A program made the translations under genes and the position numbers. The notes beneath the pieces were generated by a model. It was given only the letters and a program-made list of their open reading frames with translations. It ran no database searches and was not told the origin of the DNA. From positions 19,140-83,139 of the forward strand of contig NW_021833119.1 of the NCBI RefSeq assembly GCF_006345805.1: a DNA stretch of 64,000 bases. Direction: 5' to 3'. Origin of the DNA: Octopus sinensis (Eukaryota). This document shows positions 13,265-25,900 of the stretch, in pieces (position 1 is the first letter of the stretch; each line of letters begins with the position of its first letter).

Positions 13265-13639
13265 TATGTGTGTGTGCCTGATCGTTTATGTATATATGAA
13301 TGAAATGCACACTGACTAGAGATGATTAAAACAAGGTTGTAAAGCTTAACATTTAACACATCCCTGCAAACTGAAACTTGCAAATGCATTCGGTGAGGTA
13401 ACGCATTCATAAAAGAAAATGTCATTATAGACAATATACACAAAAACACCCCGTAGCTGGGATGTACTAAATCACTGAATCTCTTGTTCATAGTGCTGTA
13501 AGACTTGACAAAACTTTGCACACGCCAGCACATTTATTAATTACTGTGTAATGGCAAGTTGGCGTTTATAAATACCACGCTAATCAGCAATGATAAAAAT
13601 AGTGTAAATATACATTCAACATATCGTATAATATTTGTT

Positions 13640-13990
13640 GCATAACTTTTCTGTGTTATATGATGACGTATGTTGAATGAACTATGCATATTTTATAACT
13701 GTGTGTTGCATAATTGTGCTGCGTAATAACTGTATGGTATGCCATGGCTCATGATTTGTATAACTGAGTTGAATGGTGACTCAGGTGTATAACGACGTGT
13801 GGTGCGCGTTGACCTATGTTGTATGATAACTGTTGTATAATACTTTCTATTTTGATTGATAACTCTGTACTGTTTGATGACTTGTGCGATGTATGATGAC
13901 TTCCGTGATGTATGTTGCTTGTGTGATATGTAATAAAAATGTGTTGTATGATAAGTGCTTTTGGGCAAGTGATTGTGTGCCTGACGTTAA
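13640..13990. repeat. Degenerate minisatellite rich in tgat(a/g)act motifs
   Basis: Recurring gtatgataact / tgatgactt words at ~20-nt spacing. Confidence 0.45.
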
Positions 13991-14752
13991 TTGCACGCTG
14001 TCTGATCCCTGATTGATACTGTTGCTAATACTAATACTCCTACAGCCGCTACTGCTGCTGCCACTGCTGCTCCACCCCTTCCTAGTTTAAATTATATGTT
14101 TCTAACAAAGGCAAAATGCCGATCAGAAATCGATAAAGGAGTGAAGGGATTAGTCGAAAGGATTGAACCGACCTCAAGTAAATGCTTAACACTTCAAATC
14201 GTCCATTTAAACCCTAGCCCAAAGATGAGGCGTGAAGTCGCACCGAAATAACATTAGATCTCGCAAATCTGAATGATAAAACTGACTGCTGTAACTCATT
14301 AATCTGAAGACCGTCCCGGTCAATCATGCCACTCTAGGGACCTCGTTTATCCTAAATTATATTTAAAAAATAAACAAAACAATTGCCAGGAGAAAATAAA
14401 TAGAAAATATAAGTGATAAACAAAAGGCCCGTAAGTCAAAAGAACGAGTGTGTGTGGTGAAGGCAGCGGTTTGTAGGGGAGTAAATATAGTGCAGCGGTG
14501 TAACAATGGAATGGGTCACCGCACAACAATAGCCCGGGTTGATATCTGCGCTACAAGCATCGATTTATTTTACAATAGCAATTTCGAATTGCTTCGACTG
14601 ATTCTATATCTGACTTTTTTAGTGTTTTTCATCTGTATTCTAGGCTGTGTGTGTGTGTGTGTGTGTGTGTAAGTGTATATATATATATATATATATATAT
14701 AAACACATGCACGTAAATATATATACCTATATACGTATATGCATGGGTATAC

Positions 14753-14786
<34 letters not shown>

Positions 14787-16217
14787 GCATATATATATAT
14801 TTCACACATATACAGACACACACACACACATATATATATATATTTATACATACATACATACATACATACATACATACATACATACATACATACATACATA
14901 CATACATACATACATACATACATACATACACACACACACACGTATACATGTATATATAGATCTTAGCTTCTGTATGTAAATTTTTATGTATATGAGTCCG
15001 CCATGGGATATACGTTTCATTGTGTGCGTTTGTGTTGATGTATATACGTGTGTATATTGTGTATCTGTATACTGCTCTTCCTTTCTTCCGAAATATGTAT
15101 GCCTGTTCATAATATAGATCGATGTACGCGTGAGTGTGTCAGTATCTGCATAGAAGTATATGTGAATCTTTCTGTGTGTGTGTGTTCAGATTCAATTATC
15201 TCACAAGTGAATGCTTTAAGAAACTAACTGAACAAGAACGAATATATCGTAATCAATAGGAGCAGCAGCAACAGCGTGTTAGAAGTAGCAACGTGATGGA
15301 GAATTAACCTGGGAGACAAGGTTTTTATACATACATACATAGGTATATATATACACACACACATATATACTCATGCGTTATCGTAGATATTAGTATAACT
15401 ATTTGTAGTAAGACAGCCTATATTTATATATACATATGTCTACATATATATGTATGTATATATATGTCTATATATATATATACACACACACACTTATACA
15501 TTAGTATGGTTATTAGTATATGTGTTTGTAGCACGTGTAGAGTTGTAAGTGTAGATATAGACAGACAGACAGACACACATGCGTATTCACATTTACATAT
15601 TGTTGCATATGTGTATATGTGAAATTATTTCTTTTTAATATATACTGTATAATGTGCTCATACGCGTAAATACATAGACACATACGCATAGATAAACACA
15701 CACACCAATATACACACATATATACATAGACGAATATACTTATTATAGTTGTTAGTACATGTGCACAATATATATACAAAGTACATATATACACATCTAT
15801 ATGTGCGTGTGTAAATAATTATATTTATGTATATACGCATGTATATGCATATATAATTCATTATAGATATTTCAGCTCGTTTAGAACCAATACAAATTCG
15901 AATTCATTCCTAATTAAGGCTCACGATCTTAATATCTTAATCTAATTAGTATTAAGAGTAAACATACAAATAAATTTAGTATTGTTTTTTTTCTCCATTG
16001 TTCGTACTATTGTTTTTGTAGATACTCGCCTTTGCCGTTGTTTATTGAACATCAATGTACAGCTATGTATGTGTGTGTGTGGATTGATGGATGGATAGAT
16101 AAATAGACACCTATATAAATATGTATGTATATATACTTAGGTATGCACACATATATATATAATATATATATATACACACACATATGTATCCATACATATA
16201 TATACCCATATACATAC

Positions 16218-16253
<36 letters not shown>

Positions 16254-17022
16254 ATGTGTGTGTGTGTGTGTGTATGCATATATGTCTGTATACGTATGTA
16301 TTCGTTGAGATCTTACAAATGTAGCAAGTCAAATGTAACGAAATAGAATCTTGTAAAAATATATACTTCAGTGTGTGTTACAGTAAGTGATTTTTTCCTT
16401 ACACACACACACACACACACACACAAACAAACAAACAAACACACAAACAAACACTCACCCACAATCTCACATCTGCAAACGTCTGCTTGTAAGTGTGCAC
16501 ATGCGCGCATTCATATATCTTGTATGTTATGGTACGTTACAATATTATATATGATATACATTGGTAAATATATGGACATAGTTCTGAGTAACAGTATAAA
16601 ATTCATAAGTATCAGCATATTTATACACACTTGTAGGTATCTATCTATCTTTATATATATAAATAAATATAGGGATGTTATTATTAAAATACCACCACAA
16701 GTGGTAAGCGAATTCTCAGCCGTACAGGCAAATTAATAAAATATATACATACAATATTAGATATGCACATATATACACAAGGGTACTACATGAGTACCTA
16801 TATCGCTAATGATAAAAGTAAAAAAATACTTATGTACCACCGAATAGTCATAAATCTATTACAGATAAGATAGGAAAAAATATCAGTGAACAATAATAAT
16901 GTCCTACCTCAAATGCGTGAGAACAAGTAAATGCAGGTCAACCTAGTACCGGTTTCGAAATTTAGTGCCAAATAGGTGCCTGATTTCTCATTAATCAAAG
17001 TCCGTCAGCTAAATCACTACTA

Positions 17023-17056
<34 letters not shown>

Positions 17057-17104
17057 TAGGAGAAATGAGGTACTCAGAAATTCGGATGGTTCTATAATTA
17101 CAGA

Positions 17105-17526
17105 GGCGCAGGAGTGGCTGTGTGGTAAGTAGCTTGCTTACCAACCACATGGTTCCGGGTTCAATCCCACTGCGTGGCATCTTGGGCAAGTGTCTTCTGC
17201 TATAGCCCCGGGCCGACCAATGCCTTGTGAGTGGATTTGGTAGACGGAAACTGAAAGAAGCCCGTCGTATATATGTATATATATTTTTGTGTGTGTGTGT
17301 GTACTTGTTTGTGAGTCTGTGTTTGTCCCCCTAGCATTGCTTGACAACCGATGCTGGTGTGTTTACGTCCCCGTCACTTAGCGGTTCGGCAAAAGAGACC
17401 GATAGAATAAGTATTGGGCTTACAAAGAATAAGTCCCGGGGTCGATTTGCTCGACTAAAGGCGGTGCTCCAGCATGGCCGCAGTCAAATGACTGAAACAA
17501 GTAAAAGAGTAAAAGAGTAAAAGAGT
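17105..17526 (+). mobile_element. Full-length tRNA-derived CORE-type SINE (family A) with internal TA/TG microsatellite and (GTAAAAGA)n tail
   Basis: Box A tggctgtgtgg, box B ggttcaatccc, CORE-like cttgggcaagtgtctt, tandem 3' tail. At least 8 related copies in the window. Confidence 0.9.
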
Positions 17527-17630
17527 TATTTGTATATTACATGTTTTTATACATCATATAACTTATATCATATATTAGCGCTTTCTCCCATTCTAGTGGG
17601 GTTTTCAAATCGAACTAAGTTCTTGTGAAA

Positions 17631-18325
17631 AAGTTTTGACCATTTTATAGTGTTATTGAGTGGTGGGGAGGGATATAAGATAGTACAAGAGGGTGATGAA
17701 CGGGGAGAAAGTGTGTGAGAGGGAGAGAGAGCATGTGTTTGTGTGCGTGTGTGTGTGTTTTTGTATTTGGAAGGAGTGTTAAAGAAAAAGAGGGGAAGGG
17801 AGAAAAGGGAGAGAGGGAAGAAGAAAACATTGTTTTGCTGGTTCCTTTTGTAGATGGTCAGGATGTTTACTCCAAGCGGGGTCTAAGATCTTGGGGAAAA
17901 GAATTTAAGTTTTGACCATTTTATAGTGTTATTGAGTGTGTAGTGGCGGGAAAGGATATAAGACAGTGCAATAGGGTGATCAATGGGGAGAAAGTGAGAG
18001 AGAGCATGTGTGTGTGTGTGTGTGCGTGTGTGTGTGTTTTTGTATTTGGAAGGAGTGTTAAAGAAAAAGAGGGGAAGGGAGAAAAGGGAGAGAGGGAAGA
18101 AGAAAACATTGTTTTGCTGGTTCCTTTTGTAGATGGTCAGGATGTTTACTCCAAGCGGGGTCTAAGATCTTGGGGAAAAGAATTTAAGTTTTGACCATTT
18201 TATAGTGTTATTGAGTGTGTAGTGGCGGGAAAGGATATAAGACAGTGCAATAGGGTGATCAATGGGGAGAAAGTGAGAGAGAGCATGTGTGTGTGTGTGT
18301 GTGCGTGTGTGTGTGTTTTTGTATC
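17631..18325. repeat. Tandem repeat, period ~276-279 bp, ~2.5 copies
   Basis: aagttttgaccattttatagtgttattgagtg recurs at 17631, 17907 and 18186. Confidence 0.9.
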
Positions 18326-18996
18326 TGGAGGGAGAAAAGAAGAAGCAAAGAAAGGAAGGGGAGGAAAAGTAGACCATAAATTATATTTCCTTTTCATCAT
18401 TGTCTTGTGAGAGAGTTTGTGCGTGTGTATGTGTAAGGAGGAATGGTCAAGTTGTTAAGAGTAATCAGTGTCACTTTTGTTTTTATTTATTTGCAACTGT
18501 AAATGGTTTTTGGTTTTTAGAAATTGGCCATTTCAACGAAGACTTGTCCGGAATTCTTTTTATTATTGTTTTGTGGAGGTGTGTGTGTGTGTGCCTGTGA
18601 GTCTGGAAGGGGTGTCGTTGGAGAATGGAATAAAGAAGAAAAAAAAGAGGAAGAAGAAATAATTGTGTTGATATTTATACCACTATATATATATATATAT
18701 ATATATATATTGGTATAAATATCAACACAATTATTTCTTCTTCCTCTTGAAAAAGAGCCTTTCTTGTGTTTTTCACAAGAACTTAGTTCGATTTGAAAAC
18801 CCCACTAGAAGTGGAGAAAGCGCTAATACATGATCTAAGTTATATGATGTATAAAAACATTTAATATACAAATAAATATCTGTAAATATAAAACCATCCG
18901 AATTTCTGAGTACCTCATTTCTTCTAATATAAAATACCTGTACATCATCTACAAACCTTCCAAATATATATATATATATGCATATCTATCTATCTA

Positions 18997-19053
<57 letters not shown>

Positions 19054-19055
<2 letters not shown>

Positions 19056-19860
19056 CGTGTTTCCCCGAATGTAGGACCCAGTCTTATATTAATTTTGAAT
19101 CCAACAAACGCACTAGGGCTTATTTTCGGGGGATGTCTTATATTTTTTCGGAAAAAATCCAAGAATAACAAAAAAGTCTCATTTCCTCGTGCAAAAGGAA
19201 AAAAAATTGTTGAAAGGAAGCCTATGTTTTTAGTTATCAAAAGTTTATTTGTTTGTTTATTGTTTTTAGTCAAATTCAAGCATTTCGTCCTCTTCTGGAA
19301 CATCGTTATAAATCATCAAACCCCGAACTTCTCACTGAATTTCTTGCAAATCCATTTCCTGTAGAATCATAGATCCCAATCACTCATGTTTGGCAATATA
19401 ACTTTCCTTAAATGAGCACTTTTTGTCCAAGAACGCTGCTCGTAATTCAGTGGCAACTTTTGGTAATTTTATTCCATGAATTCTTCACCCTATTCACGAC
19501 TTCTTGGAAGTCAGGTTTGACAAAGTTTCCACGCTAATTTCTCTCCCCTCTATATTCGATATACTCATTTACTTCCATCCGCCAGTAATCCATGAAGAGC
19601 TTGTTTATTACAAGATCTAATGTTTGTGGATATGAAGCTAATCCCACATGAATCATTATGTGATAAATTCTTCTTTCAGAAAGAAAGGTTTCCATATCTT
19701 TTGCGCGATGAGTACTGCCCGAATCCCAGACTAAAAGACCTCTTTGAAATCCACGTAAAACAAGTAGCATAGTTAAATCAACCCAGTTACTTATAACAGT
19801 TTGTGTACACCAAGCCTTTGTCATTTCTCTTACCTCTTATCTTTGTCCCCTGTGATGATA
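19054..19860 (-). mobile_element. pogo-like (DDE_1) transposon remnant
   Basis: ORF 19534-19824 LLVWDSGSTH...GLASYPQTLDLVINKLF resembles the pogo LLxWD...LQPLDxxVNKPF motif. Terminal sequence cgtgtttccccgaatgtaggacc next to TA. Confidence 0.75.
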
Positions 19861-20009
19861 AGCAGAGGAATGTCTGTGGGTGTCTGCAAGTCAGGTAGAC
19901 ATGTAGCTCTTTTCTAGATTTGATCTCGGATGTCTGAGTGTACGACAACAGCAGCAGTACCGTCACTCGTAAGAGAGCAACATTCGATCGTAGGCATTAC
20001 CTGGCTTTT

Positions 20010-20218
20010 ATAGATTAGTTTAAAGGCCAGCAATTTCGGGGAAGGGAGTATTTCATTTCCATCGACCCCAGCGATCAACTGGTCCTTATTTTATCGACCT
20101 CGATAGGATGAAAGGCAAAGTCGATCCCGGCGAAATTTGAATTCAGAACGTAAAAAAGAGACGAAATGCCGCTAAACATTTTGCCCGGCGTACTAAAGAT
20201 TCTGCTGGCTCGCTGCCT
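20010..20218 (-). mobile_element. Family B SINE
   Basis: Reverse complement of the 50387-50615 family (ggatgaaaggcaaagtcga...atttgaattcagaacgta). Confidence 0.8.
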
Positions 20219-20699
20219 TAGTTTTGTAGAGTATTAATAACTGTAAGGGCCTGAAGCGGCTCCATATCTGTGGTTGTGATCCTAGCTAGAATAAGGATGT
20301 ACTCTTGCAATAGGTAGTCCTTAGAGATGGACTTCTATTAGCTCAAATTTAAGGGCTTTTGGTTGCGTGCGACTCATGGTCAAAGAGGACGGAGTTTAAT
20401 GATGTATTCTTTCTGTAAGTAGTGTTTGTGTTTCCTTGCTTTTAAAGAAAACAAAGTTGATATATTTTCATTGGAGGATCCGTTCCTGTTCTGTATTCAT
20501 GGAGTCAGTGTGTGTTTTGGAGTGTGGAGAGTGGGCTGTGGGTGGATATTACACAGTTGGAGAAAGTTGGGGAAGAATGAAGTGTCATATATTTTGCATA
20601 AAAGTGGGTCTTGTTGGATGTAGTGAGCAAGTAAGTCATTGAGGTACGTGACCTGTATGAAGCAATGTGCCAAGTGACATCGCTGTGTTTACTTCACAA

Positions 20700-20875
20700 G
20701 TTGTGAAATTTGTGTTTTTGTGGTCACGGGTGTCTACTGTTGTCTGCAATTTTGTTATGGACTGGAACAAAGTGCCAACGTGAAATTTTGCGTTAAACTA
20801 GAGAAAATCTGCTTCGGCAAGTTTACGGCGATGAAGCAATGTTTCGCGTGGTACGGGCGTTTCAAGAGCGGATGA
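20700..20875 (+). mobile_element. mariner transposase N-terminal fragment
   Basis: Translates LEQSANVKFCVKLEKSA...QVYGDEAM...WYGRFKSG, the mariner HTH region. Confidence 0.7.
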
Positions 20876-20879
20876 ATGT

Positions 20880-21040
20880 GATCGCATTCTCACCTGGAAT
20901 CGATTTTTGTAATTTGTTCAAGATATGCCCTGATAATGTCGCTATCTACATATCAAATTTGAGCGCAATCGGACGGAGGATGCCCGAGATCCTAGAAGAC
21001 ACACACACACAGACAGAACGGATTTTATATAATATATATA
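20880..21040 (-). mobile_element. Non-autonomous Helitron-like 5' end fragment
   Basis: Minus strand reads tattatataaaatccgttctgtctgtgtgtg...ccgattgcgctcaaattt, the TA-rich start plus (CTGT/GT)n layout typical of short Helitrons. Confidence 0.5.
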
Positions 21041-21049
21041 CATATCATC

Positions 21050-21420
21050 ACTATTTCAGAGAGTGACGACCCTGCCTGACACGAATCCCGGGCTCAGCTG
21101 GCGCCGGCTAACAGTACCCAGGGTTACGGAAAGAAGAGAACCTTCAAAGAAATCCGGAGTGGAGCCCTGTAGGTGGTTTAGTGTTCGACTCGACACTCTT
21201 CCGACAGCTCCTGCAACCAAGCTGGTACCAAATATAATGCTCTACACTCATTTGGACTACGTCTGAGAGGTCGAGAGAGGAATCCTGACGATTGGGCTAC
21301 CCAGGATTTTCTTACATCTAGCCCAGGCCTGCGCAAAACTGGAGAGGAAACTTCGACTTGCCCCTCCAGATGCGCAACTCCATTATCTCCCGAGACGAAA
21401 AGATGTCAACAACAACAATA
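21050..21420 (+). repeat. GC-richer interspersed repeat ending in (CAA)n, RTE-5'UTR-like
   Basis: Composition shift from the flanks, (CAA)n tail, and motifs ggagtggagccc and ctcctgcaaccaagctggt that I recall from RTE 5' regions (not verified). Confidence 0.35.
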
Positions 21421-22084
21421 AAGATTGCCCAAATATTTGCAACGCTACTTTTGACAGATTGTAAGTTTAATGTGTCGTCAACCAAATTATATATATATAT
21501 ACAATGAAATGAAATGTTACATTGAATATGAATTGTGATTAGAGCGTGTGCATAAAATATTCAATAACAAAAGAAACTTCCAAATCGTATTTTGATAAAA
21601 ATATATTAAAAGTGGAATTTATAAAAAATTTCTAGACTTTAGTGATTGCTTTCCAACTTAGAAAAGCTAAATTCCACAATTCCAACTAATTAATCAACAG
21701 CTTTCCCCCATTATAAAATAGACCCAAGAGACAAGCTGGTAGGACGGATAAGATGCCGGACAAAATGCTTAGGAGCAATTCGTCTGTCTTTACGTACTGA
21801 TTAAAATTCCGACGAGACTGACATTGCTTTGCCTTTGTTTGGGGTCAATAAAATACGTCAAGCAGTGGGGTCGATCTAATCGACTCGCCCCTCCCCCAAC
21901 ATTTCAGGTTTTGTGCCTATAAGAGAAAAAGTTTTATTTTCATTATTATTATTAGTATTAGTAGTAGTAGTAGTAGCAGCAGCAGCAGCAGCAGCAATAT
22001 TATTCTTGTTGTTGCTGTAGTTGTAATTGTTGAAATAATCTCAGGATGTTTTCCATTATTTTTGCGGATTATCATCATTACTGC

Positions 22085-22123
<39 letters not shown>

Positions 22124-22783
22124 TAGCGTCTCTATTGAGTTCTCTGCTCTTTTGCCTCTTGTTATTTGCTTCGTATTTATCTTTCTATTTATTTCCCTTA
22201 TATTTTAACAAATCTTTATTTAATTTACATACTTCATTTACCAACATCTCTCTCGCTTTCTCTCTCCCTTTTCTGTCTTTTCTTATTACTCCCCCTTCTT
22301 ACTGATTCTCCTCTCCCTCTCCCTCCCGAGACTCGTAATTGTATTCTTGCCAGTCAAACGCATTTTTTTACTCAGAGCTCGTCAATTTTCCACGGGTTGT
22401 TTCTCTCCCATAATTTTATCATTTCAAATAAATAAATAAATAAACAAAATGCGAAATAAACAAACAAAAAATTATAGACAACAGGCAAAGAAAAGAAATT
22501 TATTGCTGTAATTACTAAATTAATTATTCTTATTAATGTCATATTTGTTACTTATTTTATTATATACATAGTAGTAGTAGTAGTAGTTTATTATTGATAG
22601 TACTATTAGTCTAGTTGCTATTACTGATAACATTATCATCATCATTATTATCGTTATTATTACTACTTTGTGCTTCGTCTTTGCAATGTCTTTCATTCGT
22701 CGTCGCACATTTACCACAAATATCTATAGTTATTATTTATATTGTAATCATTAACAGGATTATTTGCATTTATATTTCATCCA

Positions 22784-22817
<34 letters not shown>

Positions 22818-22981
22818 GCTAATTATATTAGTTTTATCCCTTCCACTTCCTCACCGTCAACATCAGCGCAATCTCCATCATCATCGTCAATTTAAGTGAT
22901 GGTTATATTTGCTTAATCGTCTTCTCCTCCTCCTTCCCCGCCTTCTTTTTCCGTTTACGAAACTAATTCATTCGAAACGAA

Positions 22982-23029
<48 letters not shown>

Positions 23030-23224
23030 GATAATAGTGATAAATTGAAAACAGCAACAAGTGGATATATATCTATATATGAGGAAGTAGAAAAGAAACT
23101 GAAAAATAAATAATACTTATCCCATCTGTATTGACTCGGATCGAGTGAAATAATAACATTAACAATAATAATATTTTTTCATAATAATAATATCAAAAAT
23201 AAATATTTTATTGTTGTTAATATA

Positions 23225-23336
23225 TATGTATATGTGCATAGATGCATATATATACATACATGCATACACACACACATATATATATATATATACATACACA
23301 CATACACACATATATATTATATATACATACATACAT

Positions 23337-23395
<59 letters not shown>

Positions 23396-24411
23396 TATAT
23401 ATATATACATACATACACACACACACACATATATATATATATACATACATACACACACACATATATATATATATACAAACACACACACATATATATATAT
23501 ATATACAAACACACACACATATATATATACATACATACACACACACACACACATATATATACATACATACACACACATATATATACATACATACACACAC
23601 ACATATATATATACATACACACACACATAATATATATATACATACACACACATATATATATACATACACACACACATATATATATAACATACATACACAC
23701 ATATATATATACATACACACACACATATATACATACATACATACACACATATATATACATACACACACACATATATACATACATATACACACACATATAT
23801 ATACATACATATACACACATATACACACATATATATACATACACACACACATATATGTATACACACACGCACACAAACATATATACATACACACACATAT
23901 ATATATATGTGTATATATATATGTGTGTGTATGTATATATGTTTGTGTGCGTGTGTGTATATATATATGTGTGTGTGTATGTATATATGTGTGGGTATGT
24001 ATGTATATATATGGGGTGTATGTATATATATATATATATGTGCGTGTGTGCGTGTGTATGTATATATGGGTGTATGTATGCATATGTTAATAATGTGTGC
24101 ATGTATGTATACATATATGTGTGTGTGTATGTATATATATGTGTGTGTATATGTGTGTATATGTATGTATATATATGTGTGTGTGTATGTATGTATATAT
24201 ATATATATATATGTGTGTGTGCGTATGTATGTATATATATATATATGTGTGTGTGTGTTTGTATATATATGTGTGTGTATGTATATATATATATATATAT
24301 ATATATGGGTGTATGTATGAATATATATATGCGGGTGTGTGTGTTTGTGTGTGCGTGTGTGTATGTATATATGTGTGTATGTATGCATATGTATATATGT
24401 GTGTATATATG

Positions 24412-24442
<31 letters not shown>

Positions 24443-24543
24443 ATATGTATGTATGTGTATATATATATATGTGTGTATGCATGTATGTGTATATATATAT
24501 GTGTGTATGCATGTATATATATATGTGTGTGTGTGTGTGTGTT

Positions 24544-24581
<38 letters not shown>

Positions 24582-24590
24582 CACGTATGT
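23225..24590. repeat. Compound (CA/TA) then (TG/TA) microsatellite forming a quasi-palindrome
   Basis: Strand polarity switches at ~23910 with mirror-complementary flanks. Confidence 0.9.
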
Positions 24591-24804
24591 AGTATTGATT
24601 TATTGGCTTCATTTCATTGCAAAGTTTATCGAACACTGTTGGATGTGTTTGCTTGTATCGACTGGGGCCGTGTCCGCGCGAACGCATCCGAGCAAAGATT
24701 TTCTAGCCTTTCAGATACACGTATATAAAGTGAGGGAAAAGAGAAAGGACATCATAATGAGCGCGTATGTGTACGATATATGTATTCTTTTATTCTATAA
24801 TTCC

Positions 24805-25190
24805 ATAATTTGTTTCAGTTATCTGACATCAGCCATGCTGTAGCACCGCCTTTAGTCGAAGAAATCGTCCCCAGCACATATTTTTTGCAAGCCTAGTACT
24901 TATTCTATCCATCAACTTTGCCGAACCGCTTAGTTTCAGGGACGTAAACATACAAACATTTGTTGTCAAGCAATGGTAGGGCGACAAACTCAGACACCCT
25001 CCAAACATAGACACACACACACACACACGTACGCTTCTTTCAGTTTCCGTCCACCAAATCCACTCACAAGGCTTTGGTTGGCCCGAGGTTATAGTAGAAG
25101 GCACGTGCCCAAGATGCTATGCAGTGGGACTGAATCCAGAACCACGTAGTTGGGAAGCAAGCTTCTTACCACACTGCTATGCCTACGCCT
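24805..25190 (-). mobile_element. Full-length family A SINE
   Basis: Reverse complement of 17105-17526 from tail to head. Confidence 0.85.
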
Positions 25191-25339
25191 AAGTAAATAT
25201 AATTAGTACACATATGTATGTATAATTATAACACATATTTATACACAGACATATAGGAATATGTACTTAAATACACGTATATATGTTTATATATACATGA
25301 ATTGAAGTATATATAACTATATGCATAATGTATTGAGTT

Positions 25340-25900
25340 GGACTCAATTTAGATATGGACTGAAGACAATAATATGCTGAAAAATTCCAAGCTCTGTGCT
25401 GCCAGCGACCAAACCTGAATATAAACTTCCAGGGTCCACTGGTCCACAGGGGATTAAAATCCCAAAGCCTAAATCAGTGAGGGACCTGGGTATCGACATG
25501 AGTGATTTTGATTATACATCTTTCCAAATGCACATTACCAGGTTGGTCACAAAATGCAGACAACTGGCTGGCTGGATCCTGAGAGCCTTTCGGAATCAGA
25601 GAAAAGAAACCACGATGGTCCTCTGGAGGATATTCATCCTCAGCCGCCTTGATTACTGTTTCCAGATATGGTCAACTAACAGTATAAAATTAACAGCAGG
25701 CCTTGAAGCAATCCAGCGAAGCTTCACAAAGAAGATTGTCTCATTGCAACAGCTCACCTACTGGGAAAAGTTGAAACAGCTATGATTTTTTAATATTTTC
25801 CCAAATAGCCTGCGGGAACTACACAAAGTGGATGTAGGTGTTTTCAAATCAAAACTGGCACTCTTCCTGACGAGAGTCGCAGATGAAACTACCTAAAGTA
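25340..25900 (+). mobile_element. CR1-group LINE RT C-terminal fragment
   Basis: VRDLGI...HITRLVTKCRQLAGWILRAF...SRLDYCFQIWS...LEAIQRSFTK...YWEKLKQL. Confidence 0.85.

Larger units (their letters stand above)
17054..18931. mobile_element. Composite foldback element: ~160-bp inverted arms (left arm split by the SINE) enclosing tandem repeats
   Basis: 17054-17104 plus 17527-17632 is the reverse complement of 18769-18931. Confidence 0.8.

Noticed and set aside
17105-17175. tRNA gene
   Set aside because: Box A/B are present but continue into a SINE body, with no acceptor stem; it is a SINE head.
17631-18325. CRISPR-like or LTR-like repeats
   Set aside because: Whole-unit tandem duplication without unique spacers, in a eukaryotic context, with no PBS/PPT.
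20380-20640. Possible GIY-YIG C-terminal remnant (KEYIIKLRPL, minus strand)
   Set aside because: Too short and degenerate to support.
23159-24843. Long ORFs (up to 473 aa) rich in Y/I/H/T/C/V
   Set aside because: Translations of dinucleotide microsatellites lacking stop codons; no coding signature.
25358-25390. CTGAAGA...gaaaaa motif
   Set aside because: Lies within CR1 RT coding sequence and has no stems.
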